A stretch of DNA of 64,000 nt from Phormidium sp. OSCR. Lineage in GTDB: Bacteria > Cyanobacteriota > Cyanobacteriia > Cyanobacteriales > Geitlerinemataceae. The position numbers were made by a program, and so were the translations under genes. The notes under the pieces are model-generated. The model did not search any database. It was not told the origin of the DNA and saw only the letters and a program-made list of their open reading frames with translations. Below, piece by piece: positions 40,877 to 50,901 of the stretch (the stretch's first letter is position 1; each line of letters begins with the position of its first letter). The stretch is from assembly GCA_001314905.1 (NCBI GenBank), contig LJZT01000001.1, forward strand, positions 37,074 to 101,073, written 5' to 3'.

Positions 40877-41284
40877 CTAACGTCGGTATGCCAACCAAAC
40901 TAATACTGCGGGCAACACTGCTAAGAGTACCACTAAAATAATCCAAGGCAGGGTATTGGCCCCGACGGATAACCGTAAGGCGATGGGCAACCAGACAATA
41001 GCTAAGACTAACACCACCCCCACCGCTAGGGGAAAGTACATATCTTTGACCCCGGTTCTGGCTCGCTTCCAGTGGGTCCCTGTCCAACGCCACATCTGTT
41101 TGTAGGGATAGTGGGTAGAGAGTTGCTCAATGGAGACGCCGCTGTCATCAACGACAAAAATTTGCTGACAGCGATCGCATCCCAAGGCCTCCGTCAAGGT
41201 GATCGGCTTCAAATGGCCAGAACGGCGACAAGGACAGGGATACTCGCGATCGAGTTCGATTTTCTCTCCTTTGGGGGGATACAC
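40877..41284 (-). CDS. Hypothetical membrane protein with a CxC...CxxC motif (ORF track start 41386; GTG 41284 is plausible)
   Basis: YPCPCRR...GCDRCQQIF followed by two C-terminal TM helices. Confidence 0.7.
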   Translation of the reverse strand: MYPPKGEKIELDREYPCPCRRSGHLKPITLTEALGCDRCQQIFVVDDSGVSIEQLSTHYPYKQMWRWTGTHWKRARTGVKDMYFPLAVGVVLVLAIVWLPIALRLSVGANTLPWIILVVLLAVLPAVLVWLAYRR

Positions 41285-41496
41285 CAACTTAAAAACCCTC
41301 AACCAGTTTTGTTTACAGGGTTGGTGCTGAGTTGAGATCAACCTAAAACCCAGCGCCTCCGATTTGGCGAAACTCAGGCGGGACATATGCTCGACATATG
41401 CTTGACAAGTTGACCCCGCTATCGCCCAATTCTAACAAAAACCGCTCTCAAGAGATGATTGCAATTCATCATCAAACATCATCAAATTCATAACTG

Positions 41497-42126
41497 ATGG
41501 TCCAATGGTTTTATCTGCATGGCTTAGGCTCAAGTCCCCAATCTCGGAAAGGGCAACGGATCGGCGATCGCCTCAGGGAACTCGGACAAGTCCTCCATCG
41601 GCCCAATCTCAATCTCGGCGGTTTTTCCCAGCTTACGGTCAGCCGCCAAATTTGCCAGGTTTCGGCGCTGATTTCCCAGCATCCTAGGGTCGTCCTCATC
41701 GGTTCGAGTTTAGGGGGCTTAACGGCGGCGTGGGTCGCCCAGAATTGTACCAATGTCGAGGCACTCCTCCTACTGGCCCCGGCCTTTGGCTTTCCCGATT
41801 GTTGGCTGACTCCCGCACAATTGCAGCATTGGCAAGAGTTGGGGTATCGGGACGTTTATCATTATGGCGAAGGGCGATCGCTGCCCCTGGACTATCACTT
41901 CGTCGAAGACGCACGCCGCTACGGGTCCCCAGGCCTCACTCGTCCCGTTCCCACGACGATTATCCACGGACGCGATGACGAGATTATTCCCATCGAGGCC
42001 AGCCGCGACTACGCCCAAACCCGTTCCTGGGTTCGCCTGATCGAAGTCGACAGCGATCACGCCCTCAGCGATCTCTCCGGGGGCGATCTGGATGGCTACC
42101 TGCGCCAATCCCTCCTAAACCCTTAA
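41497..42126 (+). CDS. YqiA/YcfP family esterase
   Basis: YLHGLGSSPQS, IGSSLGG, IIHGRDD, SDHAL. Confidence 0.88.
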   Translation: MVQWFYLHGLGSSPQSRKGQRIGDRLRELGQVLHRPNLNLGGFSQLTVSRQICQVSALISQHPRVVLIGSSLGGLTAAWVAQNCTNVEALLLLAPAFGFPDCWLTPAQLQHWQELGYRDVYHYGEGRSLPLDYHFVEDARRYGSPGLTRPVPTTIIHGRDDEIIPIEASRDYAQTRSWVRLIEVDSDHALSDLSGGDLDGYLRQSLLNP

Positions 42127-42175
42127 CAGAGGAAACCGAGAAGGGGAATCATAGGGGTCACGATTGATTATTTTC

Positions 42176-43477
42176 TCAATTGTTGTCTGAATTATTTTCG
42201 GAATTGTTTTCTGAGAGAACGCTGCGGCGTACAGTTTGGCCGTCTTGGAGGGGGCGATCGCTGCGGACGATGAATTGCTCACCAGGGGCGAGTCCGCTGA
42301 GGATTTCGACCTGGCCGTCCTCTTGTTCCCCGAGTTCGACGGGACGAGCGCTTACGGTGGTTTCGTTGTCATTCCCTTCAACGATGAAGATGGTGTCACT
42401 GTCGCTGGTTGAGAGTTCTAAGGCTTGTGCGGGAACCATGACAACCTGCTGTGAGGAACTGTTGAGGCTGACTCGGGCCAGTAAGCCACCGCCGAGTTGT
42501 CCATCGGGGACTTGGGGATTGCGCAGGGTGATTTGGACCGGAATGAGTCGGGCGACGGGATCGGCGTTGGGGAAGATGCGGGAGACTTGACCGCTAAAGG
42601 CTTGGTTGGGGAAGGCGTCTAGGCGCACATCGACGGATTGTCCGAGGGAAATTTGGCTGCGATCGCGATCGGGAATTTCGATTCTGACTTCGACCTCGCT
42701 AAAGTCTCCGAGTTCTAAGATGATGTCCCCTGTTTGTACGATGTCGCCGGGTTCGAGGAGGCGTTCTAGGACGACGGCGTTGAGGGGTGAGGACACATCG
42801 GTGTAGGAGAGTCGTTGTCGGACTCCATCGACGAGGGCTTCTTGCGCCCCGACTCGTTGCTGGGCCGAGGTGATGGCGCGATCGCGGATACGGACTTGTT
42901 CTTGGGCCGATTGCAGTTGTTGTTCGAGGGTGCGTACCCGTGTTTGGGCTAGTTCTGCGTCTCGGCGAGGGACAGCGCCTTCTCCGGCTAAGTCTTTGAG
43001 GCGACGGGAGTCGACTTGGGCTTGTTCGAGTTCGGCCTGGAGTTCTGCAACCCGGAATTGGGCTTCGATGCTTTCGTTGCGGGCTTCTTCAACTTCGGCC
43101 TGGCGCACGCTCACTTCGGACTCGCTCGCGGCCAGTTCTGACAGCAGTAAGGTATCTTCAACCTCGGCAAGAATTTGTCCTTGAAAGACGGGATCTCCCA
43201 CATCGGCGTTGAGGTTGAGCAGTTGTCCATCGCTACGGGCGCGAAGGGAGACCCGTTGTAGGGGTTGGGTGGTGCCGCTGTAATTGAGTTCTCGGCCGCG
43301 AGTCTGGGCTTCGGCAATGGCAACGTCAACGATAATCGGGCGATCGCCTTCCTCTTGGGAGCGACCTCGTCCTGAGGGTTGGGCTTGAGCGCTATCACGC
43401 TCGGCGGGGGTGCAGCCCATCGTGAGCCAGAGGCTGGCCAGGAGGATCCCCATGAGCCAGGTTTTTGTCGGTGTCAT
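42176..43477 (-). CDS. RND efflux periplasmic adaptor (membrane fusion protein), lipoprotein
   Basis: Lipobox TMG-C, lipoyl halves (DVGDPVFQGQIL; EPGDIVQTGD), long coiled coil, ILSGLAPGE. Confidence 0.93.
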   Translation of the reverse strand: MTPTKTWLMGILLASLWLTMGCTPAERDSAQAQPSGRGRSQEEGDRPIIVDVAIAEAQTRGRELNYSGTTQPLQRVSLRARSDGQLLNLNADVGDPVFQGQILAEVEDTLLLSELAASESEVSVRQAEVEEARNESIEAQFRVAELQAELEQAQVDSRRLKDLAGEGAVPRRDAELAQTRVRTLEQQLQSAQEQVRIRDRAITSAQQRVGAQEALVDGVRQRLSYTDVSSPLNAVVLERLLEPGDIVQTGDIILELGDFSEVEVRIEIPDRDRSQISLGQSVDVRLDAFPNQAFSGQVSRIFPNADPVARLIPVQITLRNPQVPDGQLGGGLLARVSLNSSSQQVVMVPAQALELSTSDSDTIFIVEGNDNETTVSARPVELGEQEDGQVEILSGLAPGEQFIVRSDRPLQDGQTVRRSVLSENNSENNSDNN

Positions 43478-43893
43478 TGAACTAAAGGGGAGGGCTGAAG
43501 GGGATGGAACGATGATGGCTATTCACGGTTTAGACTCCCGTGGTGGTGGTGAGGTTCAAAATCGCCAGAAGTCTTAAAGAGCGGTAAATCTGGGTTCACT
43601 TTGAACCATTCACCGCTATACACAAATAAATCTATTTGTCAAGATTGTTAACCGCTATTGATCTTAAACTTATTTTAAGAAAATCTCTAGTTCTTTTCAG
43701 CTCAGGCCAGATCCCAGGGGCCGGGCTGGGAAATGTGAGTTAAACTCCCAGTAAGAGAGAATCATCAGTTCGTCACCTCTGCACTTGCAGGAGTTAGAGT
43801 GGCTAAACGCCCGGTGAGTCACTTAATGGTTCACTTAATTCTGTATTGTTGTTTGTACTGGTCGTTTTGCCTTAATCGTTTTGTCTTAATCGT

Positions 43894-44751
43894 TTGGATT
43901 TACGGGTTATGTACCACGGAAAATTTGTCCTAAACGTCCCATCTCGCTGGGCGACTCGCTGGGGGTCAGCTGGGGCGATCGCCCTATTATGCAGTCTTGA
44001 CACCATTTCCCCAGGACTGGCCCAACATCATGAAGACTTGCAACAACTCCTCTCGACTCAAGATTGTCCCCAATGTGATTTACGCAATGCTGGCTTGGTT
44101 CATGCTCGTCTGGCGGGGGCGAATTTGCAAGGCACGAACTTGGTTCGGGCTAATTTAAGTCACAGTGATTTAGTGGGGACTGATTTCTCGGGTGCGAATT
44201 TGACGGGGGTGTCTCTGGTGGGTGCAGATTTGACGGGGGCGAATCTGCGAGGGGCGAATCTCACGGGCGCGGACTTGCGAGGAGCCTATTTGACGGGGGC
44301 GCAACTCGATGGGGCAACTCTCACGAATGCCAACTTACGAGGGGCTTATGATGTCCCCAGTACAGTGATCACGCCGGATGATTTGCTGGGTTGGGCGAAT
44401 GATGAGGCGCAACAGGGAAACTATGAGGGAGCGGTGAGTTATTATACTGATGCGATCGCCCTAGATGGTCAGTTTCCGCTGGCCTATCTCGGTCGGGCGG
44501 CGGCTTATAATCGCATGGGCGAGACGGAACGGGCGGTGGCGGATGCTGAACGGGCGGCTGAGATTTATTTTGCGGCGGGAAATCAGGAAGGGTATGAGAC
44601 GGCTAACTTTTTTGCTTCGGCGATTGTGGCGGAGGAAGAGGCGTTTCAGGAGGCTCGGGAGCGACAACGTCGGGGTGATATTGGTGGCAATATTCTCAAT
44701 GTGATTACGGGAATTGGCAGTCTTTTGTTACAGGGGGTTTTGCCGTTTTGA
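43894..44751 (+). CDS. Pentapeptide-repeat protein with TPR domain and probable signal peptide
   Basis: CPQCDL then A(N/D)LxG repeats; TPR-like YTDAIALDGQFPLAYLGRA. Confidence 0.88.
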   Translation: MDLRVMYHGKFVLNVPSRWATRWGSAGAIALLCSLDTISPGLAQHHEDLQQLLSTQDCPQCDLRNAGLVHARLAGANLQGTNLVRANLSHSDLVGTDFSGANLTGVSLVGADLTGANLRGANLTGADLRGAYLTGAQLDGATLTNANLRGAYDVPSTVITPDDLLGWANDEAQQGNYEGAVSYYTDAIALDGQFPLAYLGRAAAYNRMGETERAVADAERAAEIYFAAGNQEGYETANFFASAIVAEEEAFQEARERQRRGDIGGNILNVITGIGSLLLQGVLPF

Positions 44752-44757
44752 GGCAAC

Positions 44758-44917
44758 TAGTGAATAGTGAATAGTGAATAGTGAATAGTGAATAGTGAAT
44801 AGTGAGTAGTGAATGGGGAATAGGGAATAGGGAACAGGCATAACCCACCCCGCCCTCCGGGCACCCCTCCCAAGAGGGGAAGGGAACAGGGAACAGGGAA
44901 TGGGGATGGGGATGGGG
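44758..44917. repeat. Composite repeat: 8 x TAGTGA(A/G), GGGAA(T/C)A units and a central ACCCACCCC...CCCCTCCCAAGAGGGGA core
   Basis: Direct reading; lies between convergent genes. Confidence 0.92.
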
Positions 44918-44933
44918 ACTTTGATGTTTTATG

Positions 44934-45674
44934 TTAGTTGGTATGAATTTGGTTGCTGATGATGCGGTTGATGCCGTAGTGTTGGAGTTGCTGTGAGATT
45001 TGGGGGTCATCGACAGTCCAGGTGACGATTTCGACGTTCTGCGATCGCGCCTCGTCAATTAAACCCGGCTCTTGTAGCAGGGGTTTATATAAACTTAGTA
45101 ATATGCCTTTAGTTTGGGCGGCTTGGGGGAGGCGTTGGCGAATATCGGCGGCGGTTAGGGTGTGATAGCCGAGGCGACAATGGGGGGATTTCTCTCGGAA
45201 GGCGGCGAGTAATTCCTCGTCAAACGAACAGAGAAAACACCGATCGCCTAATTGGTACGATTGGATCATCTCTAGGATGCGATCAAGGCGATCGCTGGTC
45301 CAAGTTGTCTGTGATAGTCTGGTATCAGATTTAAGGTCGAGATAGGCAAATTGAGGAAATTTCCTAACTTCGGCTAAGGTTTGCTCTAAACTCGGAATAC
45401 CTACCCCCCGAAACTCCTCATGAAACCAAGCCCCGGCGTCGAGGGCTTGCATTTTTTGCCAAGTCGTGTTAAAAACTCGTCCTGAGGTTCCGGTGGTGCG
45501 ATCGAGGGTTGCGTCGTGAATCACCACGGGAACGCCATCGTGACTCAATCGTAGGTCAAATTCTAGGGAATCGGCTCCGGCTCGTCGGGCGGCTTCAAAG
45601 GCGATGAGTGTGTTTTCGGGGGCGATCGCACTGAAGCCACGATGGGCAATTTGTTCAAGTTGGGGTTCGAGCAT
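44934..45674 (-). CDS. Glycerophosphodiester phosphodiesterase
   Basis: IAHRGFSAIAPENT, EFDLRLSHDGVPVVIHD, WTVDD. Confidence 0.93.
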   Translation of the reverse strand: MLEPQLEQIAHRGFSAIAPENTLIAFEAARRAGADSLEFDLRLSHDGVPVVIHDATLDRTTGTSGRVFNTTWQKMQALDAGAWFHEEFRGVGIPSLEQTLAEVRKFPQFAYLDLKSDTRLSQTTWTSDRLDRILEMIQSYQLGDRCFLCSFDEELLAAFREKSPHCRLGYHTLTAADIRQRLPQAAQTKGILLSLYKPLLQEPGLIDEARSQNVEIVTWTVDDPQISQQLQHYGINRIISNQIHTN

Positions 45675-45887
45675 AGATGGGAAAGTCGGGAGTCGCTAAA
45701 TTAGACAGTTATAATTGTGCAAACCAAATTCTTGAAATGATTATCATGCTTGGCTCCTAGCAATCTTAGTAGTCCTACTTGATTTGTCTAACAAGAGAAA
45801 AATAACCCGTGAAATTCTTAGAGTATCTCAGGTTTTATGAGTTTATATTTAAGAAATGTTACGATAACCAGAAATTAAACAAATTAA

Positions 45888-46559
45888 ATGAGCAAGATTC
45901 CGATGAACGACACCACTCGAGTTAATCAGCGTCGTATAGCCAAATCTCCACGATTGTTGGTGGGCCTGATTACCCTTTCTCTGATGCTACTACCGAGTTT
46001 AACTCCTGGGGCGATCGCCCTTGAGATGTCTCCTAGGGTAGCCCGCAGCCAAACGGGGCCAGAGTCGGAGATCCAAATTAGCCGCGAGGACGAGAATACC
46101 TACAACCTGGCCGTCACCCTAGATGCTTCAGCGGAGGAAACTTGGTCAGTGATTGCCGATTATGGGAGTTTCAGCCATTTTCTACCCAACATTATCTCCA
46201 GTGAAGTCTTAGAAATCGAGGGGAACCGCCATGTTGTCGAACAAGTCAGTGAGCAACAGGTGTTATTCTTAAACATCAGATCTCGCATACGCACCGAAAA
46301 CCTAGAAACGGAAAACCAACGCATTGACTTTCGTCTCTTAGAAGGGGATCTCAACCAACTCGAAGGCTCTTGGATGATTGAAACGACTGAGGATGGGCAG
46401 ATTGTACGCCTGACGCAGACGGTTACTGTTGCCCCACCGCCAGGAACTCCAGATGGTGTATTTCACACGGTTTTTCGCCAGTCTCTGACCGATAACTTAG
46501 AGGCAATTCGCGATGAAATCCAGCGGCGACAAATGGAGTCGACCACTAACCCCTCCTAA
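45888..46559 (+). CDS. SRPBCC/polyketide cyclase (START-like) domain protein with predicted signal peptide
   Basis: WSVIADYGSFSHFLPN, IDFRLLEGDLNQLEGSW; hydrophobic N-terminus ending GAIA. Confidence 0.78.
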   Translation: MSKIPMNDTTRVNQRRIAKSPRLLVGLITLSLMLLPSLTPGAIALEMSPRVARSQTGPESEIQISREDENTYNLAVTLDASAEETWSVIADYGSFSHFLPNIISSEVLEIEGNRHVVEQVSEQQVLFLNIRSRIRTENLETENQRIDFRLLEGDLNQLEGSWMIETTEDGQIVRLTQTVTVAPPPGTPDGVFHTVFRQSLTDNLEAIRDEIQRRQMESTTNPS

Positions 46560-46636
46560 CCCGTGCTTCTCCATCGTCTCCCTTGATCACGTAAAAAGAC
46601 GACTATAACCTGACCGGTCTCCCTACCTGCTACTGT

Positions 46637-48097
46637 TTGTCTTCTGCCGCCACTATGACCTCTTCTCCTGACTGGACAGTGGTTCGCAACACCTTTCGTC
46701 AAACTTGGGGTTATGCTGACTTTCGTTATCCCCAAGGCGAGGTGGTGCAAACCCTGCTACAACACCATGACGCACTGGTGGTGTTACCCACCGGAGGCGG
46801 AAAGTCCATTTGCTTTCAGCTACCGGCGTTATTGCAGCGAGGCGTGACTCTCGTGGTTTCGCCTTTAGTTGCACTAATGGAAAATCAGGTGCAGGCTTTG
46901 CGTCAGCGTCATTTGCCGGCGGCGGCCCTTCATAGTGAACTGTCGCGATCGCAGCAACGCACCATCATCACCGCCCTACAACGGCAACAATTGCGGTTGC
47001 TGTACCTGTCTCCCGAAACCCTCCTCAGCCCCAAAATTTGGCCAATTCTGCGTCAGCCAACGCTACAGATTAACGGCTTGATGCTCGATGAAGCTCATTG
47101 TTTAGTGCAATGGGGAGATACGTTCCGCCCCGCCTATCGCCGTTTGGGGGCGGTGCGTCCGGCACTGTTGCAAACTCGTCCTGCGGGAACCTCGATTCCT
47201 ATTGCCGCCTTTACCGCCACGGCCGATCCTACGGCTCAATATACCATCCGCGATGTCTTGCAGTTGCGATCGCCGAAACTGTTTCTGCAAAATCCCTATC
47301 GACCCCAGTTAGCATTATCCGTTGTCCCCACCCTTACCCCACGTCAGCGGAAACAGAAACTGCTAAATTGCCTCAAAGACCACCCCAATCAATCAGGATT
47401 GGTCTATGTGCGCACGCGCAAGGATAGTGAGGAACTGGCCCAACTTTTGCAAACTCAAGGGTTTGCCGTCGCCGCCTATCACGCTGGCCTAAGTCCTGGA
47501 CAACGGCGGGAGATTGAGCGTCAATGGCTCACAACTCAGGTGCCAGTGGTAGTCTGTACCTCGGCGTTTGGGATGGGGATTGATAAACCCGATGTGCGTT
47601 GGGTGCTACATTTTCATGCACCTCTGTTATTGTCCGAATATGTGCAAGAAATTGGACGCGCCGGACGGGATGGGAAAGCCGCCAAAGCCATAACCCTCGT
47701 CAGTGAACCGACGGGATGGCTCGATCCGACGGATAAGCAACGACGACAGTTTTTTGAGCAACGAGAGCGATCTTTACAAAACAAGGCCTTTCGCTTAACT
47801 CGGCAATTGCCCCGTTCGGGAAGTCTTGAGGGGGCCTTAGCGGTGTCTCCCGAGGCGGCGATCGCCCTGTCGTTGCTGCACAGTAGCGGCCAGTTGACTT
47901 GGCTCGACCCCTTCCATTACCAAATTCACACTAGCAAACCGCGCCCCAATCCCACCAATCAGCAGGCGATTGAGCAGATGCAACAGTATTTACGCGATCG
48001 CCGCTGTCGTTGGCAAGTCATCTTAGAAGCCTTTGGTTTTGGAGGGAGTGCCAAGGCCTGCGGAATCTGCGATCGCTGTCTGAGTCGCACAACCTAA
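46637..48097 (+). CDS. recQ: RecQ family ATP-dependent DNA helicase (short form)
   Basis: PTGGGKSICFQ, DEAHC, TATA, AFGMGIDKPDVR, QEIGRAGRDG, CGICDRC. Confidence 0.93.
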   Translation: MSSAATMTSSPDWTVVRNTFRQTWGYADFRYPQGEVVQTLLQHHDALVVLPTGGGKSICFQLPALLQRGVTLVVSPLVALMENQVQALRQRHLPAAALHSELSRSQQRTIITALQRQQLRLLYLSPETLLSPKIWPILRQPTLQINGLMLDEAHCLVQWGDTFRPAYRRLGAVRPALLQTRPAGTSIPIAAFTATADPTAQYTIRDVLQLRSPKLFLQNPYRPQLALSVVPTLTPRQRKQKLLNCLKDHPNQSGLVYVRTRKDSEELAQLLQTQGFAVAAYHAGLSPGQRREIERQWLTTQVPVVVCTSAFGMGIDKPDVRWVLHFHAPLLLSEYVQEIGRAGRDGKAAKAITLVSEPTGWLDPTDKQRRQFFEQRERSLQNKAFRLTRQLPRSGSLEGALAVSPEAAIALSLLHSSGQLTWLDPFHYQIHTSKPRPNPTNQQAIEQMQQYLRDRRCRWQVILEAFGFGGSAKACGICDRCLSRTT

Positions 48098-48199
48098 CCG
48101 ATGGGGTGAGTCGCAGCTTCAGAGAGGTCTGATACCATGAAACTAGAGGCCAAACGCCCCATCGATGCCTCTGTTGACGTTAAGACTTAAGAAGACTCC

Positions 48200-49570
48200 A
48201 TGAGCGATCGCCCTAAAAAAAGGCTGAATTTCCTGCAAATCATCAATATGAGTGTGGGATTTTTCGGCATTCAATTTGGCTGGGCGCTGCAAATGACGAA
48301 TATGAGTGCCATATTCGAGCATCTCGGCGCACAGGCCGACGAAATCCCCATTCTTTGGTTAGCAGCGCCCTTGACAGGGTTGATTGTGCAACCGATGGTG
48401 GGGCATATGAGTGACAACACCTGGGGGCCTCTCGGCCGGCGACGGCCCTATTTCCTCTTCGGTGCTATCCTCAGTTCCACCGCCTTAGTCTTTATGCCCC
48501 ATTCCTCCAGTCTCTGGATGGCGGCTGGAGGGCTATGGATTTTAGACACCTCCAATAATGTCAGTATGGAGCCGTTTCGTGCCTTTGTGGGGGATTTACT
48601 CCCCGCTGAACGACGCACTCAAGGCTTTGCAATGCAAAGCTTTTTTATTGGCGCGGGTTCAGTGCTGGCGGCGGCCTTTCCTTGGTTATTAAACCATCTA
48701 TTGAACGTCACCAATACCGGCGGCGAACATTCGATTCCCCCAACCATTGAAATCTCCTTTTATGTCGGTGCAGCGGCATTTTTAGGAACGGTTCTGTGGA
48801 CGGTTTTAAGTACTGAAGAATATCCCCCCGAGGATTTAGAGGCCTTTGAACAGCAAAAAGCCGAACAAGGCGGCTTTGGCAACGGCGTGGCTGAAATTTG
48901 GTCGGCGATTCGGGAGATGCCGGATACAATGCGCCAACTGGCTTGGGTGCAGTCGTTTTCCTGGTTGGGAATGTACTGTGTATTTCTGTATTTTCCTCCG
49001 GCAGTGGCCCGCAATATTTTTGGGGCAACTAGCCAAAGTTCTGAACTCTATTCTGAAGGGATTGAATGGGCGGGAATTTGCATTGCGGCTTACAATGCCG
49101 TCTGTTTAGTGTTTTCGTTTATTCTCCCGAAGTTATCGCGTTTTACGAGCCGCCAAATCACCCATTGTCTCTGTCTAATTTGTGGAGGTATTGGCTTGAT
49201 TAGTTTGTGGTTTATTGAAAATCCCTATCTCATTTTGCTGTCTATGGTGGGATTAGGTATTGCTTGGTCCAGTTTGCTGGCGATGCCCTACGCGATTCTC
49301 GTGGGGTCGTTACCGGATGAACGGACGGGAGTCTATATGGGAATTTTCAATGCCTTTATCGTTTTACCTGAGATTTTAGCCTCTTTGGGATTTGGCTGGG
49401 TGATGCGATATTGGTTTGATGAAAATCGGATGTTAGCCCTCGTCAGTGGTGGCGTCGCTATGATTATTGCGGCATTACTGGTGTTACGGGTTCAGGAGTC
49501 TGGGGCCAAAAATCAGGTTCGAGAAGATTCCCTGGATTTACCGGCGGCGACAAGTGTCGCGGAAGGCTAA
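48200..49570 (+). CDS. MFS/GPH sugar transporter (maltose/sucrose MalT-SUT-like)
   Basis: GFFGIQFGWALQ, SDNTWGPLGRRRPYF, MEPFRAFVGDLLP, MGIFNAFIVLPEI. Confidence 0.88.
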   Translation: MSDRPKKRLNFLQIINMSVGFFGIQFGWALQMTNMSAIFEHLGAQADEIPILWLAAPLTGLIVQPMVGHMSDNTWGPLGRRRPYFLFGAILSSTALVFMPHSSSLWMAAGGLWILDTSNNVSMEPFRAFVGDLLPAERRTQGFAMQSFFIGAGSVLAAAFPWLLNHLLNVTNTGGEHSIPPTIEISFYVGAAAFLGTVLWTVLSTEEYPPEDLEAFEQQKAEQGGFGNGVAEIWSAIREMPDTMRQLAWVQSFSWLGMYCVFLYFPPAVARNIFGATSQSSELYSEGIEWAGICIAAYNAVCLVFSFILPKLSRFTSRQITHCLCLICGGIGLISLWFIENPYLILLSMVGLGIAWSSLLAMPYAILVGSLPDERTGVYMGIFNAFIVLPEILASLGFGWVMRYWFDENRMLALVSGGVAMIIAALLVLRVQESGAKNQVREDSLDLPAATSVAEG

Positions 49571-49625
49571 GGCTGATTGGTGACTGATTGACGTAAATTA
49601 AAGGCAAATTAAAAAGGTATCAACA

Positions 49626-50711
49626 ATGGCAACGGTTCAACTGAAGAATTTGAACAAAACCTATAACCCGAAGACGATTCCAGTCAAGGATATTAGTTTG
49701 ACGGTGGAGGACAATGAGTTTCTGACGCTCCTGGGACCATCAGGCTGTGGGAAATCTACCACGCTACGTTTGATTGCTGGACTTGAAGAACCGACTCGGG
49801 GCCAGATTATGATTGGCGATCGCGATGTGACAGGCCTGAAACCCGGCGATCGCAATATCTCGATGGTCTTCCAAAGTTACGCCCTCTATCCTCACATGAC
49901 GGTCTATGAAAACATGGCCTCAGCCTTGCGATTGCGCAAGATGAGTGACAGTGAGATTAAGCAGCGGGTGAGTGAGGCGTCGCGATTTCTCGATTTGCGG
50001 GAAGATTTGATGAATCGCAAGCCAGGACAGTTATCGGGGGGACAACGTCAGCGGGTGGCCCTGGGACGGGCCTTAGTGCGTCAACCGGATGTGTTCCTCT
50101 TGGATGAACCCCTCAGTAACCTCGATGCACTGCTGCGGGAACGGGTACGAGCGGAAATTAAGCAACTGTTTGAGAAACAGAATACCCCAGTCGTCTATGT
50201 GACTCATGACCAAGTTGAGGCCATGACCCTCTCGACGAAAGTGGCGGTCTTGTATGAGGGCAATATCCAGCAACTGGCGGCCCCAAGTGAGTTGTATTCT
50301 CAGCCGGCGAATCAGTTTGTGGCCGGGTTTGTGGGAAGTCCTCAGATGAATCTGCTGACGCTGCAATGTGACGGCAAAATGGCTCGTTTGGGCCAGGGAA
50401 AACTCCCGCTTCCGTCGGGGTTAAAGACCCCTCCCCGTCAGGTGGTGTTAGGGGTTCGGCCCGAGGATCTGCGGTTGGCGACGGAGGGGGATTCGCTACG
50501 TTTCCCCGGCGAGGTGTTTCTGGTGGAAAACTTGGGGATGCAAAATCTCCTTAGTGTGCGTTTGTCCTCGCCGGAAAATCAAGCCGATGAGACTGAGGTG
50601 CGATCGCTCCTCCCTGCCGATGTCGACTGGGGAGGGGATAGTATTGAGTTAGCGGTGTCCCCGGAACGCTTACATTGGTTTGATGTGGAGTCAGGCGATC
50701 GCCTCGCCTAG
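49626..50711 (+). CDS. Carbohydrate ABC transporter ATP-binding protein (MalK/GgtA-like)
   Basis: GPSGCGKST, LSGGQRQRVALGRA, DEPLSNLD, C-terminal TOBE domain. Confidence 0.92.
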   Translation: MATVQLKNLNKTYNPKTIPVKDISLTVEDNEFLTLLGPSGCGKSTTLRLIAGLEEPTRGQIMIGDRDVTGLKPGDRNISMVFQSYALYPHMTVYENMASALRLRKMSDSEIKQRVSEASRFLDLREDLMNRKPGQLSGGQRQRVALGRALVRQPDVFLLDEPLSNLDALLRERVRAEIKQLFEKQNTPVVYVTHDQVEAMTLSTKVAVLYEGNIQQLAAPSELYSQPANQFVAGFVGSPQMNLLTLQCDGKMARLGQGKLPLPSGLKTPPRQVVLGVRPEDLRLATEGDSLRFPGEVFLVENLGMQNLLSVRLSSPENQADETEVRSLLPADVDWGGDSIELAVSPERLHWFDVESGDRLA

Positions 50712-50901
50712 AGGTTTTGGCCGGTCCCCTGGCCCGTCGAAACCGCTGAACAGCCAGGGGATTGGCTCATTTCCCACATCTCAACTCTACCCTGAACCAA
50801 GATTTCTGATCATGACCTCGAGTCTGCAAAGAGGTCAAACCTAGATAGTGGGGAGATAATGGGGATCTATCTAGGGAAATTCTTAGACGGTTCGCGAACT
50901 T

